A DNA stretch of 64,000 bases from an uncultured Verrucomicrobiae bacterium (GTDB taxonomy: Bacteria; Verrucomicrobiota; Verrucomicrobiia; Chthoniobacterales; UBA10450): assembly GCA_963756875.1 (NCBI GenBank), contig CAVWPA010000003.1, forward strand, positions 192,001 through 256,000, in the 5' to 3' direction. The stretch's first letter is position 1. Every line of letters begins with the position of its first letter. Both the position numbers and the translations under genes were made by a program. Below the pieces are notes generated by a model. It was not told the DNA's origin and searched no databases. It saw only the letters and a list, made by a program, of their open reading frames with translations. Below, piece by piece: positions 39,582-49,726 of this stretch.

Positions 39582-40067
39582 ATGAAGACCAGGACCTTTC
39601 TCGCGCTTGCCGGGGCCGTTGCGCTTGCCCAATTACCGGCTTATGCGGCCACCACGGATCGCACCGCTGACGAGCAGCAAATCCGAAAGATCGAGCAAGA
39701 TTGGGTCAACGCCATGGTGAAACGCGACGGCGCGTTTTTAAAAAAGCTCGAGGCCGACGATTACACCCTGACGGGACCGGATGGAAAGGTGCTCACCAAG
39801 GAGGAGGACATCAAAAATACGACCGAGGGCGACACAATTTTCGACGACATCAAGATCGAGAATCTGGAGGTGCGTTTTTACGGCGATACCGCAGTGGTCA
39901 ATGGAATGAACATGATCAAGGCGCACAGTAAAAGCGGCGACATGGAAGAAGATTTGAGCGGTCCGTATTCGTGGACCGATGTTTTTGTGAAACAGAACGG
40001 CCAATGGAAAGTGGTTGCGACGCACATCACGGCATTGGCTTCAGAAACCAAAGAGGACCAGGATTAA
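39582..40067 (+). CDS. Secreted NTF2-like (DUF4440/SnoaL-like) protein
   Basis: Signal peptide; LEADDY..GPDG, VRFYGDTAVV, TDVFVKQNGQWKVVATH. Confidence 0.85.
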   Translation: MKTRTFLALAGAVALAQLPAYAATTDRTADEQQIRKIEQDWVNAMVKRDGAFLKKLEADDYTLTGPDGKVLTKEEDIKNTTEGDTIFDDIKIENLEVRFYGDTAVVNGMNMIKAHSKSGDMEEDLSGPYSWTDVFVKQNGQWKVVATHITALASETKEDQD

Positions 40068-40073
40068 GAACCT

Positions 40074-40727
40074 ATGAATAAGTTTGCGCTCGGCTGCGGC
40101 GGCGTGTTGGTCATCATTCTTGTTATTGCTTTCATTGTGGGCCTGTTTTTTTGGGGGACCTACAATCGGCTGGTCACGTTGCAACAAAACGTGAACAAGA
40201 AATGGGCCGACGTGCAAAGCGTCTATCAGCGGCGCGCGGATTTGATTCCGAACCTGGTGAATACGGTGCAGGGGGCGGCCAATTTCGAGAAGTCCACTCT
40301 GATCGCGGTGACCGACGCGCGGGCCAGCGTGGGCCGCGTTCAATTGGACCCCAACAAGGCGCCCACCGATGCCGCTCAGCTCGCGCAGTTTCAGGCCGCG
40401 CAGGGGCAGTTGGGCAACGCTCTTTCGCGATTGCTCGTCGTGGTCGAGCGGTATCCGGAGTTGAAATCCAACCAAAACTTCATGGGGTTGCAGGCCCAGT
40501 TGGAGGGCACTGAAAACAGGATTGCGGTGGAACGGAACAACTTCAACGGCGCGGTGCAGGATTACAATACCGCTTTACTACGATTCCCGACGAACGTGGT
40601 GGCGGGGATATTCGGGTTTCAGTCGCGCCCGTTTTTCAACGCGCAACCGGGTGCGGAAAAAGTGCCGGCCGTGAATTTCAATTTTGGCACGCCCGTTCCG
40701 GCGCCGGCGGCGACCGCCTCGCCCTAG
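40074..40727 (+). CDS. lemA: LemA family protein
   Basis: YQRRADLIPNLV, ERYPELKSNQNF, LEGTENRIAVER. Confidence 0.95.
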   Translation: MNKFALGCGGVLVIILVIAFIVGLFFWGTYNRLVTLQQNVNKKWADVQSVYQRRADLIPNLVNTVQGAANFEKSTLIAVTDARASVGRVQLDPNKAPTDAAQLAQFQAAQGQLGNALSRLLVVVERYPELKSNQNFMGLQAQLEGTENRIAVERNNFNGAVQDYNTALLRFPTNVVAGIFGFQSRPFFNAQPGAEKVPAVNFNFGTPVPAPAATASP

Positions 40728-40746
40728 CTGCAACGTCACTGGCGCG

Positions 40747-41667
40747 ATGCAGCGCGAATTAAATCCGGGGAGCGCACGCGCCCTCGCGTGCACTGTTCGG
40801 CGCTTCGCCGAACAGACTCCGCGCCACCCGCCTTTGAAACCTGTTTTAGATTTAAATCATGTGCAGAGGTTGCGGCGAGGGCGCCGCAACCAGCACGCGA
40901 GGCGCGTGTGCTCCCCGGCGTTCTGCGTCGCGTTCCTCGTCGCCGCAGCGGCATTTGCCCACGGGAGAGCCTTCGCCGCAGAAGTCATCCCGCCGAAGCC
41001 GGACCACTACTTCAATGATTACGCCGCCGTCGTTTCAAAAGAAGCGGCCGATCGCTTCAACCAGCAGCTCGAGCAATTTGAGCGAGAAACATCAGACCAG
41101 GTTGTCGTCGCCGTTTACCCAAAAATGCAGAGCGATTCTTCGATCGCCGATTACACACAGCGTGTCGCCCAGGCCTGGGGTGTCGGACAAAAAGAGCAAC
41201 GCAACGGAGTTGTTCTTTTCGTTTTCATCCAGGATCGCAAGATGTTTATCCAGGTCGGATACGGATTGGAGGGCGCGTTGCCCGATGTCACGGCTTTCGA
41301 CATTACCGAATACAGAATCAAGCCGCGTTTTCGTGAAAACGATTACGAAGGAGGCCTGGCAGCAGGGATTGATTCCATCTGCAAGGCGATCCGCGGTGAA
41401 TACAAAGGCACGGGAAAGACGGTTGCGGAACAACACGGTGGATCCGCTGCCCCCAGCTTCTTGTTTTTCATCGTCTTCATCATTGTGTTGATCGCGATCT
41501 CAGGGCTGATGCGACAATTTGGCGGTTATGGTTATTCGGCCCGGGGAGGTGGCCCAATATTCTTTCCAATGGGCGGGGGCGGCGGCGGCGGCTGGTCCTC
41601 TGGCGGCGGCGGTTTTAGTGGAGGGGGCGGAAGTTTTGGCGGCGGTGGAGCGGGATCCAGCTGGTAA
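40747..41667 (+). CDS. TPM-domain protein (YgcG-like) with Gly-rich tail
   Basis: WGVG..NGVV..IQVGYGLEGALPD; GGGSFGGGGAGSSW. Confidence 0.9.
   Translation: MQRELNPGSARALACTVRRFAEQTPRHPPLKPVLDLNHVQRLRRGRRNQHARRVCSPAFCVAFLVAAAAFAHGRAFAAEVIPPKPDHYFNDYAAVVSKEAADRFNQQLEQFERETSDQVVVAVYPKMQSDSSIADYTQRVAQAWGVGQKEQRNGVVLFVFIQDRKMFIQVGYGLEGALPDVTAFDITEYRIKPRFRENDYEGGLAAGIDSICKAIRGEYKGTGKTVAEQHGGSAAPSFLFFIVFIIVLIAISGLMRQFGGYGYSARGGGPIFFPMGGGGGGGWSSGGGGFSGGGGSFGGGGAGSSW
40765..40918. repeat. 150-bp in-frame palindromic insertion between CCGG duplicates
   Basis: CCGGGGAGCGCACGCG ... CGCGTGTGCTCCCCGG; CCGG at 40765 and 40915. Confidence 0.85.
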
Positions 41668-42105
41668 ATGAGAACCAAGGAATTTCTCAGCAAACTCGAC
41701 CACGACCGGATCATCCGGGCGATCCGGGACGCAGAATCGAAAACCTCCGGACAGATCCGCGTTTTTATTCAGCGCGGAGAACTGGATGACGATCCGCTCC
41801 CCATAGCACAAAGGAAATTTCAACGGCTCGGTATGCACAAAACTCGCCAGCGTAACGCCGTTCTCATCTTTGTGGCGCCGCGCGCCCACAAATTTGCCGT
41901 GGTGGGCGACCAACGGATCCACGAAAAATGCGGCGACCCATTCTGGAAACGCCTCGTCGAGTCGATGGGTGCCCACTTCCGGGGCGAACAATTCAGCTCC
42001 GCGATCGTTGAAGCGATCGAGGAAACCGGCAGGGTATTGGCGGCCCATTTTCCAAAAGATCCGACATCGTCCAACGAGTTGCCGGATGAGATTATCGAGC
42101 AATAA
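41668..42105 (+). CDS. TPM-domain protein (short)
   Basis: AESKTSGQIRV, TRQRNAVLIFV, GDQRIH, NELPD. Confidence 0.9.
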   Translation: MRTKEFLSKLDHDRIIRAIRDAESKTSGQIRVFIQRGELDDDPLPIAQRKFQRLGMHKTRQRNAVLIFVAPRAHKFAVVGDQRIHEKCGDPFWKRLVESMGAHFRGEQFSSAIVEAIEETGRVLAAHFPKDPTSSNELPDEIIEQ

Positions 42106-42325
42106 CGCGGCATGCGCTTCCAGCGCATGTCCTATCGGCAGCCGCCTTCGTCTCAAGGCTTCGGCGTGCCATGGGATGCCGACGCGACGAAATCCGGCTT
42201 GCGTTTCCGGCCAACTACTGTTTATTTCCGCTTCGCAGCGAGTTTTTGAAGTTGCGCCGTTGGTCCCTGGGTTTCCGTCGCTGGACGTGAAGCCGCACTC
42301 GCCAGGGGGAACCCGGTGAAGAGAA

Positions 42326-42408
42326 ATGGAGTAGTAGAGTAATGGAGCAATGAGGTAGACGTGCTGTCTTTACAGCACTCCGATTCTCCAGCACTCCGTC
42401 ACTCCAGG
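42326..42408. repeat. GGAGTAAT/ATTACTCC octamer-arm inverted repeat
   Basis: ATGGAGTAGTAGAGTAATGGAGCAATG..CAGCACTCCG..CAGCACTCCGTCACTCCA; second copy at 60412-60472. Confidence 0.75.
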
Positions 42409-42421
42409 AAAGAAAGCAGTT

Positions 42422-43468
42422 ATGCCAATTCGTTACGGTCGTTTTGAAATGCCGAAAACCCTCACCAAGGATGAGGACACGGTCACAGAAACCTATGCCA
42501 AGTTCGTTGCCGAGCCGTTTGAAGCCGGATACGGCCACACCGTTGGCAATTCGCTCCGGCGCGTTCTGCTGTCGTCGCTGGAAGGCGCCGCCATCACCGC
42601 GGTAAAGATCACCGGCGCTCAGCACGAGTTCGCCACCCTGCCTGCGGTGGTCGAGGATGTGACCGACATCGTGTTGAACCTCAAGAAAGTGAAGTTCAAG
42701 GCCGATGACCACGAACCGAAAAAGCTTTCGATCAGCGTCAACAAGGAGGGGGAAGTAACCGCCGGCGACATTCAGACCGTGCAAGGCTACGAAGTGCTCA
42801 ACCCGAAGCAGCTGATCTGCACCCTCGACAAGAAACACAAATTCGACGCCGAGCTCGAAGTGCGCGTCGGCCGCGGCTTCGCCACCGGCGAGGAAAACAA
42901 ACGGACAGACCAGCCGATCGGGCTGATTCCAATCGATTCCATTTTTTCACCGGTGACGCGCGTCAAGTACGCCGTCGAGAATACACGAGTGGGTCAGCGC
43001 ACCGACTACGACAAGCTCATCCTTGAAGTCTGGACGGATGGCCGGTTGACGCCCGATGACGCTCTTCTCCAGGCGTCCGCCATCCTTCGCCATCACCTCG
43101 ATGTCTTCGTTAATTTCAACGAGGAGGTGATCGAGTTCGACGAGACGCCCGCCGGCGTGAGCGAAGAGAACATGAAGCTGAAGAAGCTGCTCAACATGAG
43201 TGTCAACGAGATCGAGCTGAGCGTGCGCGCTGCCAATTGCTTGAACAACGCGAACATCACAACCGTCGGCCAACTGGCGCAAAAGACCGAAGCCGAAATG
43301 CTCAAATACCGCAACTTTGGCAAGAAATCGCTCAACGAAATCAAGGACAAGCTGCAGCAGCTTGGGCTTGGCCTTGGCATGAAGTTCGAGGCTGGCCTGG
43401 TCGAAACTCCGGCCGGGGTCGACGGCGCAACCGCGAACGGTGCGGCGGCGAGTCCGGAAAGAAAGTAA
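42422..43468 (+). CDS. rpoA: RNA polymerase alpha subunit
   Basis: EPFEAGYGHTVGNSLRRVLLSS, RVGQRTDYDKL, ELSVRAANCL, NFGKKSL. Confidence 0.98.
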   Translation: MPIRYGRFEMPKTLTKDEDTVTETYAKFVAEPFEAGYGHTVGNSLRRVLLSSLEGAAITAVKITGAQHEFATLPAVVEDVTDIVLNLKKVKFKADDHEPKKLSISVNKEGEVTAGDIQTVQGYEVLNPKQLICTLDKKHKFDAELEVRVGRGFATGEENKRTDQPIGLIPIDSIFSPVTRVKYAVENTRVGQRTDYDKLILEVWTDGRLTPDDALLQASAILRHHLDVFVNFNEEVIEFDETPAGVSEENMKLKKLLNMSVNEIELSVRAANCLNNANITTVGQLAQKTEAEMLKYRNFGKKSLNEIKDKLQQLGLGLGMKFEAGLVETPAGVDGATANGAAASPERK

Positions 43469-43506
43469 CAATTCGTTAGCTAATTCGCTTCGCAACCGCG
43501 TTACCC

Positions 43507-44064
43507 ATGAGACACCAAAAGAAGACGGTGAAGCTTGGCCGCAAAGCTGAGCACCGCAAAGCCCTGCTTGCGAACCAGGTTTGCAGTCTGATCGCACATC
43601 AGCGCATCAAAACCACTCTGGCCAAGGCGAAAGCCGTTCGCCCGCTCGCGGAGCGAATGGTGACGCTCGGGAAAAACGGCTCGATCCATGCGCGCCGTAA
43701 CGCCTTATCGGTCTTGCGCCACAAAGATGCCGTTAAAAAATTGTTCGACGAGATCGCGCCAAGATCGACCGACAGAAATGGCGGGTACACGCGAATCGTG
43801 AAGCTCGGCCAGCGCAAAAGCGACTCCGCCTCGATGGCGTTTCTCGAATGGGTCGATGCTGCCCATGTGGTTGAAGAAAAACCGGCCGAAGAAAAGAAGG
43901 CGAAGCGTAAAGAGTCCGAGCCAAAACCGAAACAGCAGAAAGAGCCTGCTGCTCCCGAAAGGGAATCCAAGCCCGCAGCCGAAGAAGCTGCGCCGGCTCC
44001 GAAGGAAGAACCGAAGCCCAAAAAGCGGGGATGGTTCGGCAGAAAATCACGCGGCGAGAAATAA
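43507..44064 (+). CDS. rplQ: 50S ribosomal protein L17 with charged C-terminal extension
   Basis: MRHQK..KLGR, IKTTLAKAK, RNGGYTRIVK. Confidence 0.97.
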   Translation: MRHQKKTVKLGRKAEHRKALLANQVCSLIAHQRIKTTLAKAKAVRPLAERMVTLGKNGSIHARRNALSVLRHKDAVKKLFDEIAPRSTDRNGGYTRIVKLGQRKSDSASMAFLEWVDAAHVVEEKPAEEKKAKRKESEPKPKQQKEPAAPERESKPAAEEAAPAPKEEPKPKKRGWFGRKSRGEK

Positions 44065-44119
44065 TTGCAGGCGCCTCGCTCGGTCGAGACGTGCCGGTCA
44101 CGGCGACAGAGCGCCGTGG

Positions 44120-44554
44120 CTACAGGTCGACCAACCGCCAGTTTATTTTGCCATCGACAATTTCCAGCCACGCGACGCTCGCCGGCGCTCCGCGATTTGG
44201 GCGCGTCACGCAGCCGGGATTCAGAAACAAAACGCCCCTGCGTCGCTCATTCCGTGGAACGTGCGTATGACCATGCAAGACAACGCCAACATCCTCCGGC
44301 GGATTCTCCGGCGGAACATGTTGCAGCCGAAATCTGATTTCCGCGCGGACAAGATCGACGACAAGCGGCCACTCGAAATTGCTGTCGCAATTTCCACGCA
44401 CGACCACGACCGGTGGACCGATTGCGCGCAGTTCGTCCAAAATCCTTTCGGCACAGACATCCCCGAGGTGCCAGATTTCATCCGCCTCTTTCGCCATCGA
44501 TTCAATCCACTCAGGAAAGCGATCATGCGTATCGGCGATAACAAGAATTCTCAA
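44120..44554 (-). CDS. YfcE/MJ0936-family metallophosphoesterase
   Basis: ADTH, HLGD, VRGNCD, HGHTH, NPG; start taken at TTG 44554. Confidence 0.9.
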   Translation of the reverse strand: MRILVIADTHDRFPEWIESMAKEADEIWHLGDVCAERILDELRAIGPPVVVVRGNCDSNFEWPLVVDLVRAEIRFRLQHVPPENPPEDVGVVLHGHTHVPRNERRRGVLFLNPGCVTRPNRGAPASVAWLEIVDGKINWRLVDL

Positions 44555-44678
44555 AGCACCAAGCACCAAACCCAAACCCCAGGGAAACTTCAAGCTTCAA
44601 GCGCCCGGAGGCTCGTGCTTATTTGGTCATTGATGCTTGGAGCTTCCCTGGGATTTGGTGCTTGGAACTTGGAGCTTA
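44554..44678. repeat. TCCAAG/CTTGGA heptamer-arm inverted repeat
   Basis: AAGCACCAAGCACCAAA..CCAGGGAA ... TTCCCTGGGATTTGGTGCTTGGAACTTGGAGCTT. Confidence 0.8.
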
Positions 44679-44717
44679 CCGCGTTGCGCACATTAACTCC
44701 CATCGTAAACTTCAGCC

Positions 44718-45935
44718 GTGTCATTTAATAATTTCGATCTTTCGCCGGAAGTCGTGCGCGGAACTCAGGCGATGGGGTTCATCGAACCGACCCCCATTCA
44801 ATTACGGGCGTTCCCAATCATTCTAGAAGGGAAGGATTTAATCGGCACGGCGCAGACCGGTACCGGCAAGACCGCGGCGTTCGCGCTACCCATTCTCACA
44901 TTGCTGTCGCGTCACGGAAAATTTCGCTGTCTTGTTCTTGAACCTACTCGCGAGCTGGCGGCGCAAGTGGAAACCGCGTTTCGCGATTACGGGCGTTTCA
45001 CGGATTTGCGAGTGACGGTCGTGCATGGCGGTGTCGGTTACGGGAAACAGCGCGAAGATCTCAAAAATGGCGTCGACATTGTTGCCGCGACACCAGGCCG
45101 GCTTCTCGATCATCTTCAGCAGCGCACGCTTCATTTTCGAGACGTAAATATTCTCGTGCTCGATGAAGTCGATCGGATGCTGGACATGGGATTTTTGCCG
45201 GACGTGCGCCGCATCGTCGAACAAATCTCGACGGACCGGCAAACGCTCCTTTTCTCCGCAACGTTGCCGCCGGAAATCGAACGGCTCGCCGCCTGGGTCC
45301 TGCGCGATCCGGTCACGGTCGAGATCGGGGTGCGGCGTTCCCCGGCAGACACCGTTACCCACGCGGTTTACCCGGTGGCGGCAGAACAAAAGTTCGATCT
45401 CCTGATTGCTTTACTGGAGCGGACAAACTTCGACAGCGTCCTGATTTTTTGCCGCACCAAACAAAATGCCGATCGTGTCGCGCACTCTCTAAAAAACGCG
45501 AAACATTCCGTCGCGGTGCTCCATTCGAACCGCACGCAGCGCGAGCGCATCGAGGCACTCGAAGGGTTCAAGTCCGGAAAATACGAAGTGATGGTCGCAA
45601 CGGACATCGCATCGCGCGGGCTCGATATCGCCGGCGTGAGTCACGTCATCAACTATGACGTCCCGGAACATCCGGAGGATTATGTGCATCGTATCGGCCG
45701 TACAGGTCGAGCCCAGAATGTGGGCGACGCTTTTACCCTCATGAACGGGGAGGAAGTCGCGGCGTTGCAGGCAATCGAACATTTTATCGGCCAGAAAATC
45801 CCCCGCCTTAAACTCGAAAATTTTCCGTATCTTTACACGGTCCTCTTCGAACCGGAATCCGCGACCGGAGGCAGACGCGCAATTGGCGGCGGCCGCTCGC
45901 ATCGCGGCTATTCCTACGGCCGAAGACGCAGGTAG
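44718..45935 (+). CDS. DEAD-box RNA helicase (RhlE-like)
   Basis: PTPIQ, AQTGTGKT, PTRELA, TPGR, DEVD, SAT, HRIGRTGR. Confidence 0.95.
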   Translation: MSFNNFDLSPEVVRGTQAMGFIEPTPIQLRAFPIILEGKDLIGTAQTGTGKTAAFALPILTLLSRHGKFRCLVLEPTRELAAQVETAFRDYGRFTDLRVTVVHGGVGYGKQREDLKNGVDIVAATPGRLLDHLQQRTLHFRDVNILVLDEVDRMLDMGFLPDVRRIVEQISTDRQTLLFSATLPPEIERLAAWVLRDPVTVEIGVRRSPADTVTHAVYPVAAEQKFDLLIALLERTNFDSVLIFCRTKQNADRVAHSLKNAKHSVAVLHSNRTQRERIEALEGFKSGKYEVMVATDIASRGLDIAGVSHVINYDVPEHPEDYVHRIGRTGRAQNVGDAFTLMNGEEVAALQAIEHFIGQKIPRLKLENFPYLYTVLFEPESATGGRRAIGGGRSHRGYSYGRRRR

Positions 45936-46001
45936 GGACGTTTCTCCGAAACGTCCGACGAATTGCGGGTGGATGGGCTTCGCCGAAGACGATCCACCGC
46001 C
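45931..46001. repeat. GTAGGGAC-type element (insert-free) supplying the helicase stop codon
   Basis: GGTAGGGACGTTTCTCCGAAACGTCCGACGAA; second hairpin GGTGGAT..ATCCACC. Confidence 0.75.
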
Positions 46002-46037
46002 TTGTCATTCCTACAAAAGTCGAGCAACCTCGTGACG

Positions 46038-47441
46038 ATGAAATTCAGAATTGTCCTTTGTCTTCTTTCCATCTTCGCACTCACCGCTCGCGGGGAAAAA
46101 ATCGCGCTGGTCGGCGCGACCGTGATCAATCCGGCCGACGGCAAAGTCATGCCGAACGCGACCGTAGTAATCAATGGCCATACAATTGAAAGCGTTAGCA
46201 TGGGCAAGCAGAGCGCGGCAGCCTTGGGCCAGAAACAAATCGATTGTTCGGGCAAGTTCATCCTGCCCGGTTACATCGATACACACGTTCACTTCTTTCA
46301 ATCGGGCGATCTTTTCACGCGGCCGGATGTTGTCGATCTGACGAAAGTGCGTCCGTATGCGGATGAGGTCGGGTGGATCAAGTCGCACCTCAACGACACG
46401 TTCGCGCGTTATCTACGCAGCGGAATTACCTCCGTGGTCGATGTTGGCGGGCCGTTTTGGAATTTCGAGGTGCGGAAGCGCGCGAACTCAACCGCCAAAG
46501 CGCCGCGGGTCGCTGTCGCCGGGCCTTTGATCTCAAGCGTCTCGCGGCCGCAACTTGACCTCGGTGATCCGCCGATCGTCCAAATCGACACGCCCGACCA
46601 GGCGCGGGCTTTTGTGCGCAGACTGGCGGCTCAAAAACCCGATCTCGTTAAGATCTGGTATATCGTCAACAAAGACCACCCGGTTGACAGCTTTCGTCCA
46701 ATCGTGCGGGCGACGGTCGAGGAGAGCCATGCGCACAAATTGCGAGTGGCAGTGCATGCGACTGAGTTGGAAACGGCGCGCGCCGCGGTCGAAGAAGGCG
46801 CGGACATTCTCGTGCACAGCGTAGTCGACAAACCGGTCGACGAAGCATTCGTGAGGTTATTGAAAGATCGACACATCATTTTGTGTCCGACGCTGGTCGT
46901 CTTCGAGCGCTATGGCCGCACCTTTGCGAACAAGTTGAATCTGACCCCGGAAGAAAAGGCATGGGGCAATCCAGAAGTCATCGCGACGCTCGACGTGACC
47001 AAGCTCCCGCAGGACCAGGTGCCCGATCGAATCAAAACCGCGCTCGCCGACCCGAACGCCGTCCTCGACCACATCAAACAAACGTACGATGTCGCGCTCA
47101 AAAATCTGAAGGCGCTCGAAGATGCCGGCGTCACCATCGCAGCCGGCACCGACGCCGGAAACATCGGGACAATTCACGGCCCGGCGTTGTTTCGTGAGTT
47201 TCAATTGATGCGCGAAGCCGGCCTGACACCGATGCAGATTCTTCAGTGCACAACAGCGAACGCCGCGAAGCTCTTCGGCGGCGATACCGGAGCGCATATT
47301 GGCAAAATTGAAAAGGGCGACTTCGCCGATCTCGTAATCCTTAATTCGAACCCGCTCGACGACATCGCGCACGCCTCAGACATCGACAGTGTCGTAAAGA
47401 ACGGCGTGGTTTACGCTGCAAAATCGATTGTGCAGCCCTAG
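46038..47441 (+). CDS. Secreted amidohydrolase family protein
   Basis: Signal peptide; PGYIDTHVH, AVHA, LVH, AGTDAG. Confidence 0.9.
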   Translation: MKFRIVLCLLSIFALTARGEKIALVGATVINPADGKVMPNATVVINGHTIESVSMGKQSAAALGQKQIDCSGKFILPGYIDTHVHFFQSGDLFTRPDVVDLTKVRPYADEVGWIKSHLNDTFARYLRSGITSVVDVGGPFWNFEVRKRANSTAKAPRVAVAGPLISSVSRPQLDLGDPPIVQIDTPDQARAFVRRLAAQKPDLVKIWYIVNKDHPVDSFRPIVRATVEESHAHKLRVAVHATELETARAAVEEGADILVHSVVDKPVDEAFVRLLKDRHIILCPTLVVFERYGRTFANKLNLTPEEKAWGNPEVIATLDVTKLPQDQVPDRIKTALADPNAVLDHIKQTYDVALKNLKALEDAGVTIAAGTDAGNIGTIHGPALFREFQLMREAGLTPMQILQCTTANAAKLFGGDTGAHIGKIEKGDFADLVILNSNPLDDIAHASDIDSVVKNGVVYAAKSIVQP

Positions 47442-47497
47442 GCACACGCTGCAAAAAGAGTTGAACAGATGGCCGACCTACACGTCCATAAACTCCT

Positions 47498-49648
47498 ATG
47501 ACCATGAATCCTGTACCGTTTTCATTCATTGCGGCTTTCGCGCTTTGTTCCATCACTCTTGCCGGTTCCAAACCGGCCCCACAAACTCCGAAAAAACCGG
47601 TGATAAATGAATACCATGGAGTAAAAGTCGAGGACGATTACCAGTGGCTCGAGAACGATAACGATCCACACGTCAAAGCGTGGTCGAATGCGCAAAATCA
47701 GCGCACCCGCGCTTACCTGGACACAGTGCCGGACCGGCAAAGGATCGAGAAACAATTGACGGAGTGGTATGCCAAAACCTCGCCCAGCTACTTCAGCCTG
47801 GTCTCACGGCCGGGCATGCTGTTCGCGCTGAAATTTCAGCCGCCCAAGCAGCAGCCGATGCTGGTCACGCTGGCGTCGGCCAACGATTTGAAATCGGAAA
47901 GGATGGTGCTGGATCCTAACGCACTCGACACCAAAGGCACGACGGCGATCGATTGGTTTATGCCGTCGCGCGATGGCAAATACGTGGCCGTCTCGCTGTC
48001 AAAGGGCGGGAGCGAGGACGGGACGCTGCATATCTATGAAACCGCCACCGGCAAAGCGCTCCCAGACACGATCGCCCACGTGCAATTTCCGACCGCGGGC
48101 GGAAGTGCGGCCTGGAACGCGGATGGCACCGGCCTTTATTACACGCGCTTCCCTCGAAAAGGCGAGCGGCCGGACGCCGACTTGAATTTTTATCAGCAGA
48201 TCTATTTTCACAAACTCGGCGCGCCCGATACCAAAGACACCTACGCCATCGGCAAGGATTTTCCCCGCATTGCCGAGATCCAGTTGGCGGCGTCGCGCGA
48301 TGGAAAATACATTCTGGCGACCGTTGCCAACGGCGACGGCGGCGACTTTGCGCATTATCTGCTCGGCCCGGACGGAACCTGGAAGCAGATCACTCAATTC
48401 AGCGACCAAGTCAAAGTCGTGAGACTGGGGCGCGACAACGCTCTTTACCTCCTTTCCCGCGCTGACGCGTCACGCGGCAAGGTTTTGCGGCTGCCGATCG
48501 AGACACCGGAATTGGCAAACGCGACGGTGATCGTCCCGGCAGGCGACGCGGTCATCCAACAACTGGAACCGACCGGCGACGCGCTTTACGTCGAAGATCT
48601 GCTGGGCGGACCCTCACAGATCCGCCGGTTCGGTCTGGATGGCAAAGGTGAAACGATCATTCCCATCCCGAAGATTTCCGAAGTGTCGGAGATGGAATCT
48701 TTGGAAGACAATTCCTTGCTCTTCCGCAACGTCAGTTACACCGAGCCGGCGGCCTGGTTCCATTTGACCGCGGGAAAAACGGCGGCGGTCAAGACGGCGC
48801 TGGTCAACACGTCGCCCGTGTCGTTTGCGGACATTGAGGTCACGCGCGAGTTCGCGACTTCGAAGGACGGCACAAAAATTCCGCTCAACATCATCCGGAA
48901 AAAAGGAACCCGCCTTGACAGCAACAATCCCACGCTGCTTTACGGCTACGGCGGTTACGGCATTAGCATGCAGCCAAATTTCGATTTCACGAGACGACTC
49001 TGGTTCGACCGCGGGGGCGTCTATGTTGTGGCGAACATCCGCGGAGGGGGCGAGTTCGGCGAAGAGTGGCACAAGGCCGGCAACCTGACGCACAAGCAAA
49101 ACGTGTTCGATGATTTCGCCGCCGCCGCCGAGTATCTGATCAAACAAAAATGGACGAGTTCGAACAAGCTGGCCATCGTGGGCGGCAGCAATGGCGGTCT
49201 GCTCATGGGCGCGATGATCACGCAGCACCCTGACCTCATGCGCGCGGTCGTCTCGTTCGTTGGAATTTACGATATGCTGCGGGTTGAGCTCGCGCCCAAT
49301 GGTGCATTCAACACAACGGAGTTCGGGACGGTGAAAAATCCCGAGCAGTTCAAGGCGCTCTACGCGTACTCGCCTTATCATCACGTCGTCGATGGAACAA
49401 AATATCCTTCCATCCTGATGATGACTGGAGCGAACGACGGCCGCGTCGCGCCATACCATTCCCGCAAAATGGTCGCCCGACTCGACGAAGCTAACAAATC
49501 GAGCAACCCGACTTTGCTGCGGACCAGCACGAGCGCCGGGCACGGCATCGGCACCGCCTTGAGCGAGCGAATCAAACAGCAGGCAGACATGTACGCGTTT
49601 CTCTTCGCCCAATTAGGCACGTCCTCGAATCCGAAAGCCGGCGGCTAG
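47498..49648 (+). CDS. Secreted prolyl oligopeptidase (S9A)
   Basis: DDYQWLE, YGYGGY, GGSNGG, DGRV, GHG. Confidence 0.95.
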   Translation: MTMNPVPFSFIAAFALCSITLAGSKPAPQTPKKPVINEYHGVKVEDDYQWLENDNDPHVKAWSNAQNQRTRAYLDTVPDRQRIEKQLTEWYAKTSPSYFSLVSRPGMLFALKFQPPKQQPMLVTLASANDLKSERMVLDPNALDTKGTTAIDWFMPSRDGKYVAVSLSKGGSEDGTLHIYETATGKALPDTIAHVQFPTAGGSAAWNADGTGLYYTRFPRKGERPDADLNFYQQIYFHKLGAPDTKDTYAIGKDFPRIAEIQLAASRDGKYILATVANGDGGDFAHYLLGPDGTWKQITQFSDQVKVVRLGRDNALYLLSRADASRGKVLRLPIETPELANATVIVPAGDAVIQQLEPTGDALYVEDLLGGPSQIRRFGLDGKGETIIPIPKISEVSEMESLEDNSLLFRNVSYTEPAAWFHLTAGKTAAVKTALVNTSPVSFADIEVTREFATSKDGTKIPLNIIRKKGTRLDSNNPTLLYGYGGYGISMQPNFDFTRRLWFDRGGVYVVANIRGGGEFGEEWHKAGNLTHKQNVFDDFAAAAEYLIKQKWTSSNKLAIVGGSNGGLLMGAMITQHPDLMRAVVSFVGIYDMLRVELAPNGAFNTTEFGTVKNPEQFKALYAYSPYHHVVDGTKYPSILMMTGANDGRVAPYHSRKMVARLDEANKSSNPTLLRTSTSAGHGIGTALSERIKQQADMYAFLFAQLGTSSNPKAGG

Positions 49649-49726
49649 CCGGGCTTGATTCAGCAGGGGGGGCGCTGCGCTCTCGCGATTACTTGCAACA
49701 AGCGGGGCGTGCGGCCATCCTTTGGT

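Noticed and set aside
47498..49648. Prolyl oligopeptidase as the RiPP leader peptidase
   Set aside because: It lies 36 kb from the cassette in an unrelated context, so there is no linkage evidence
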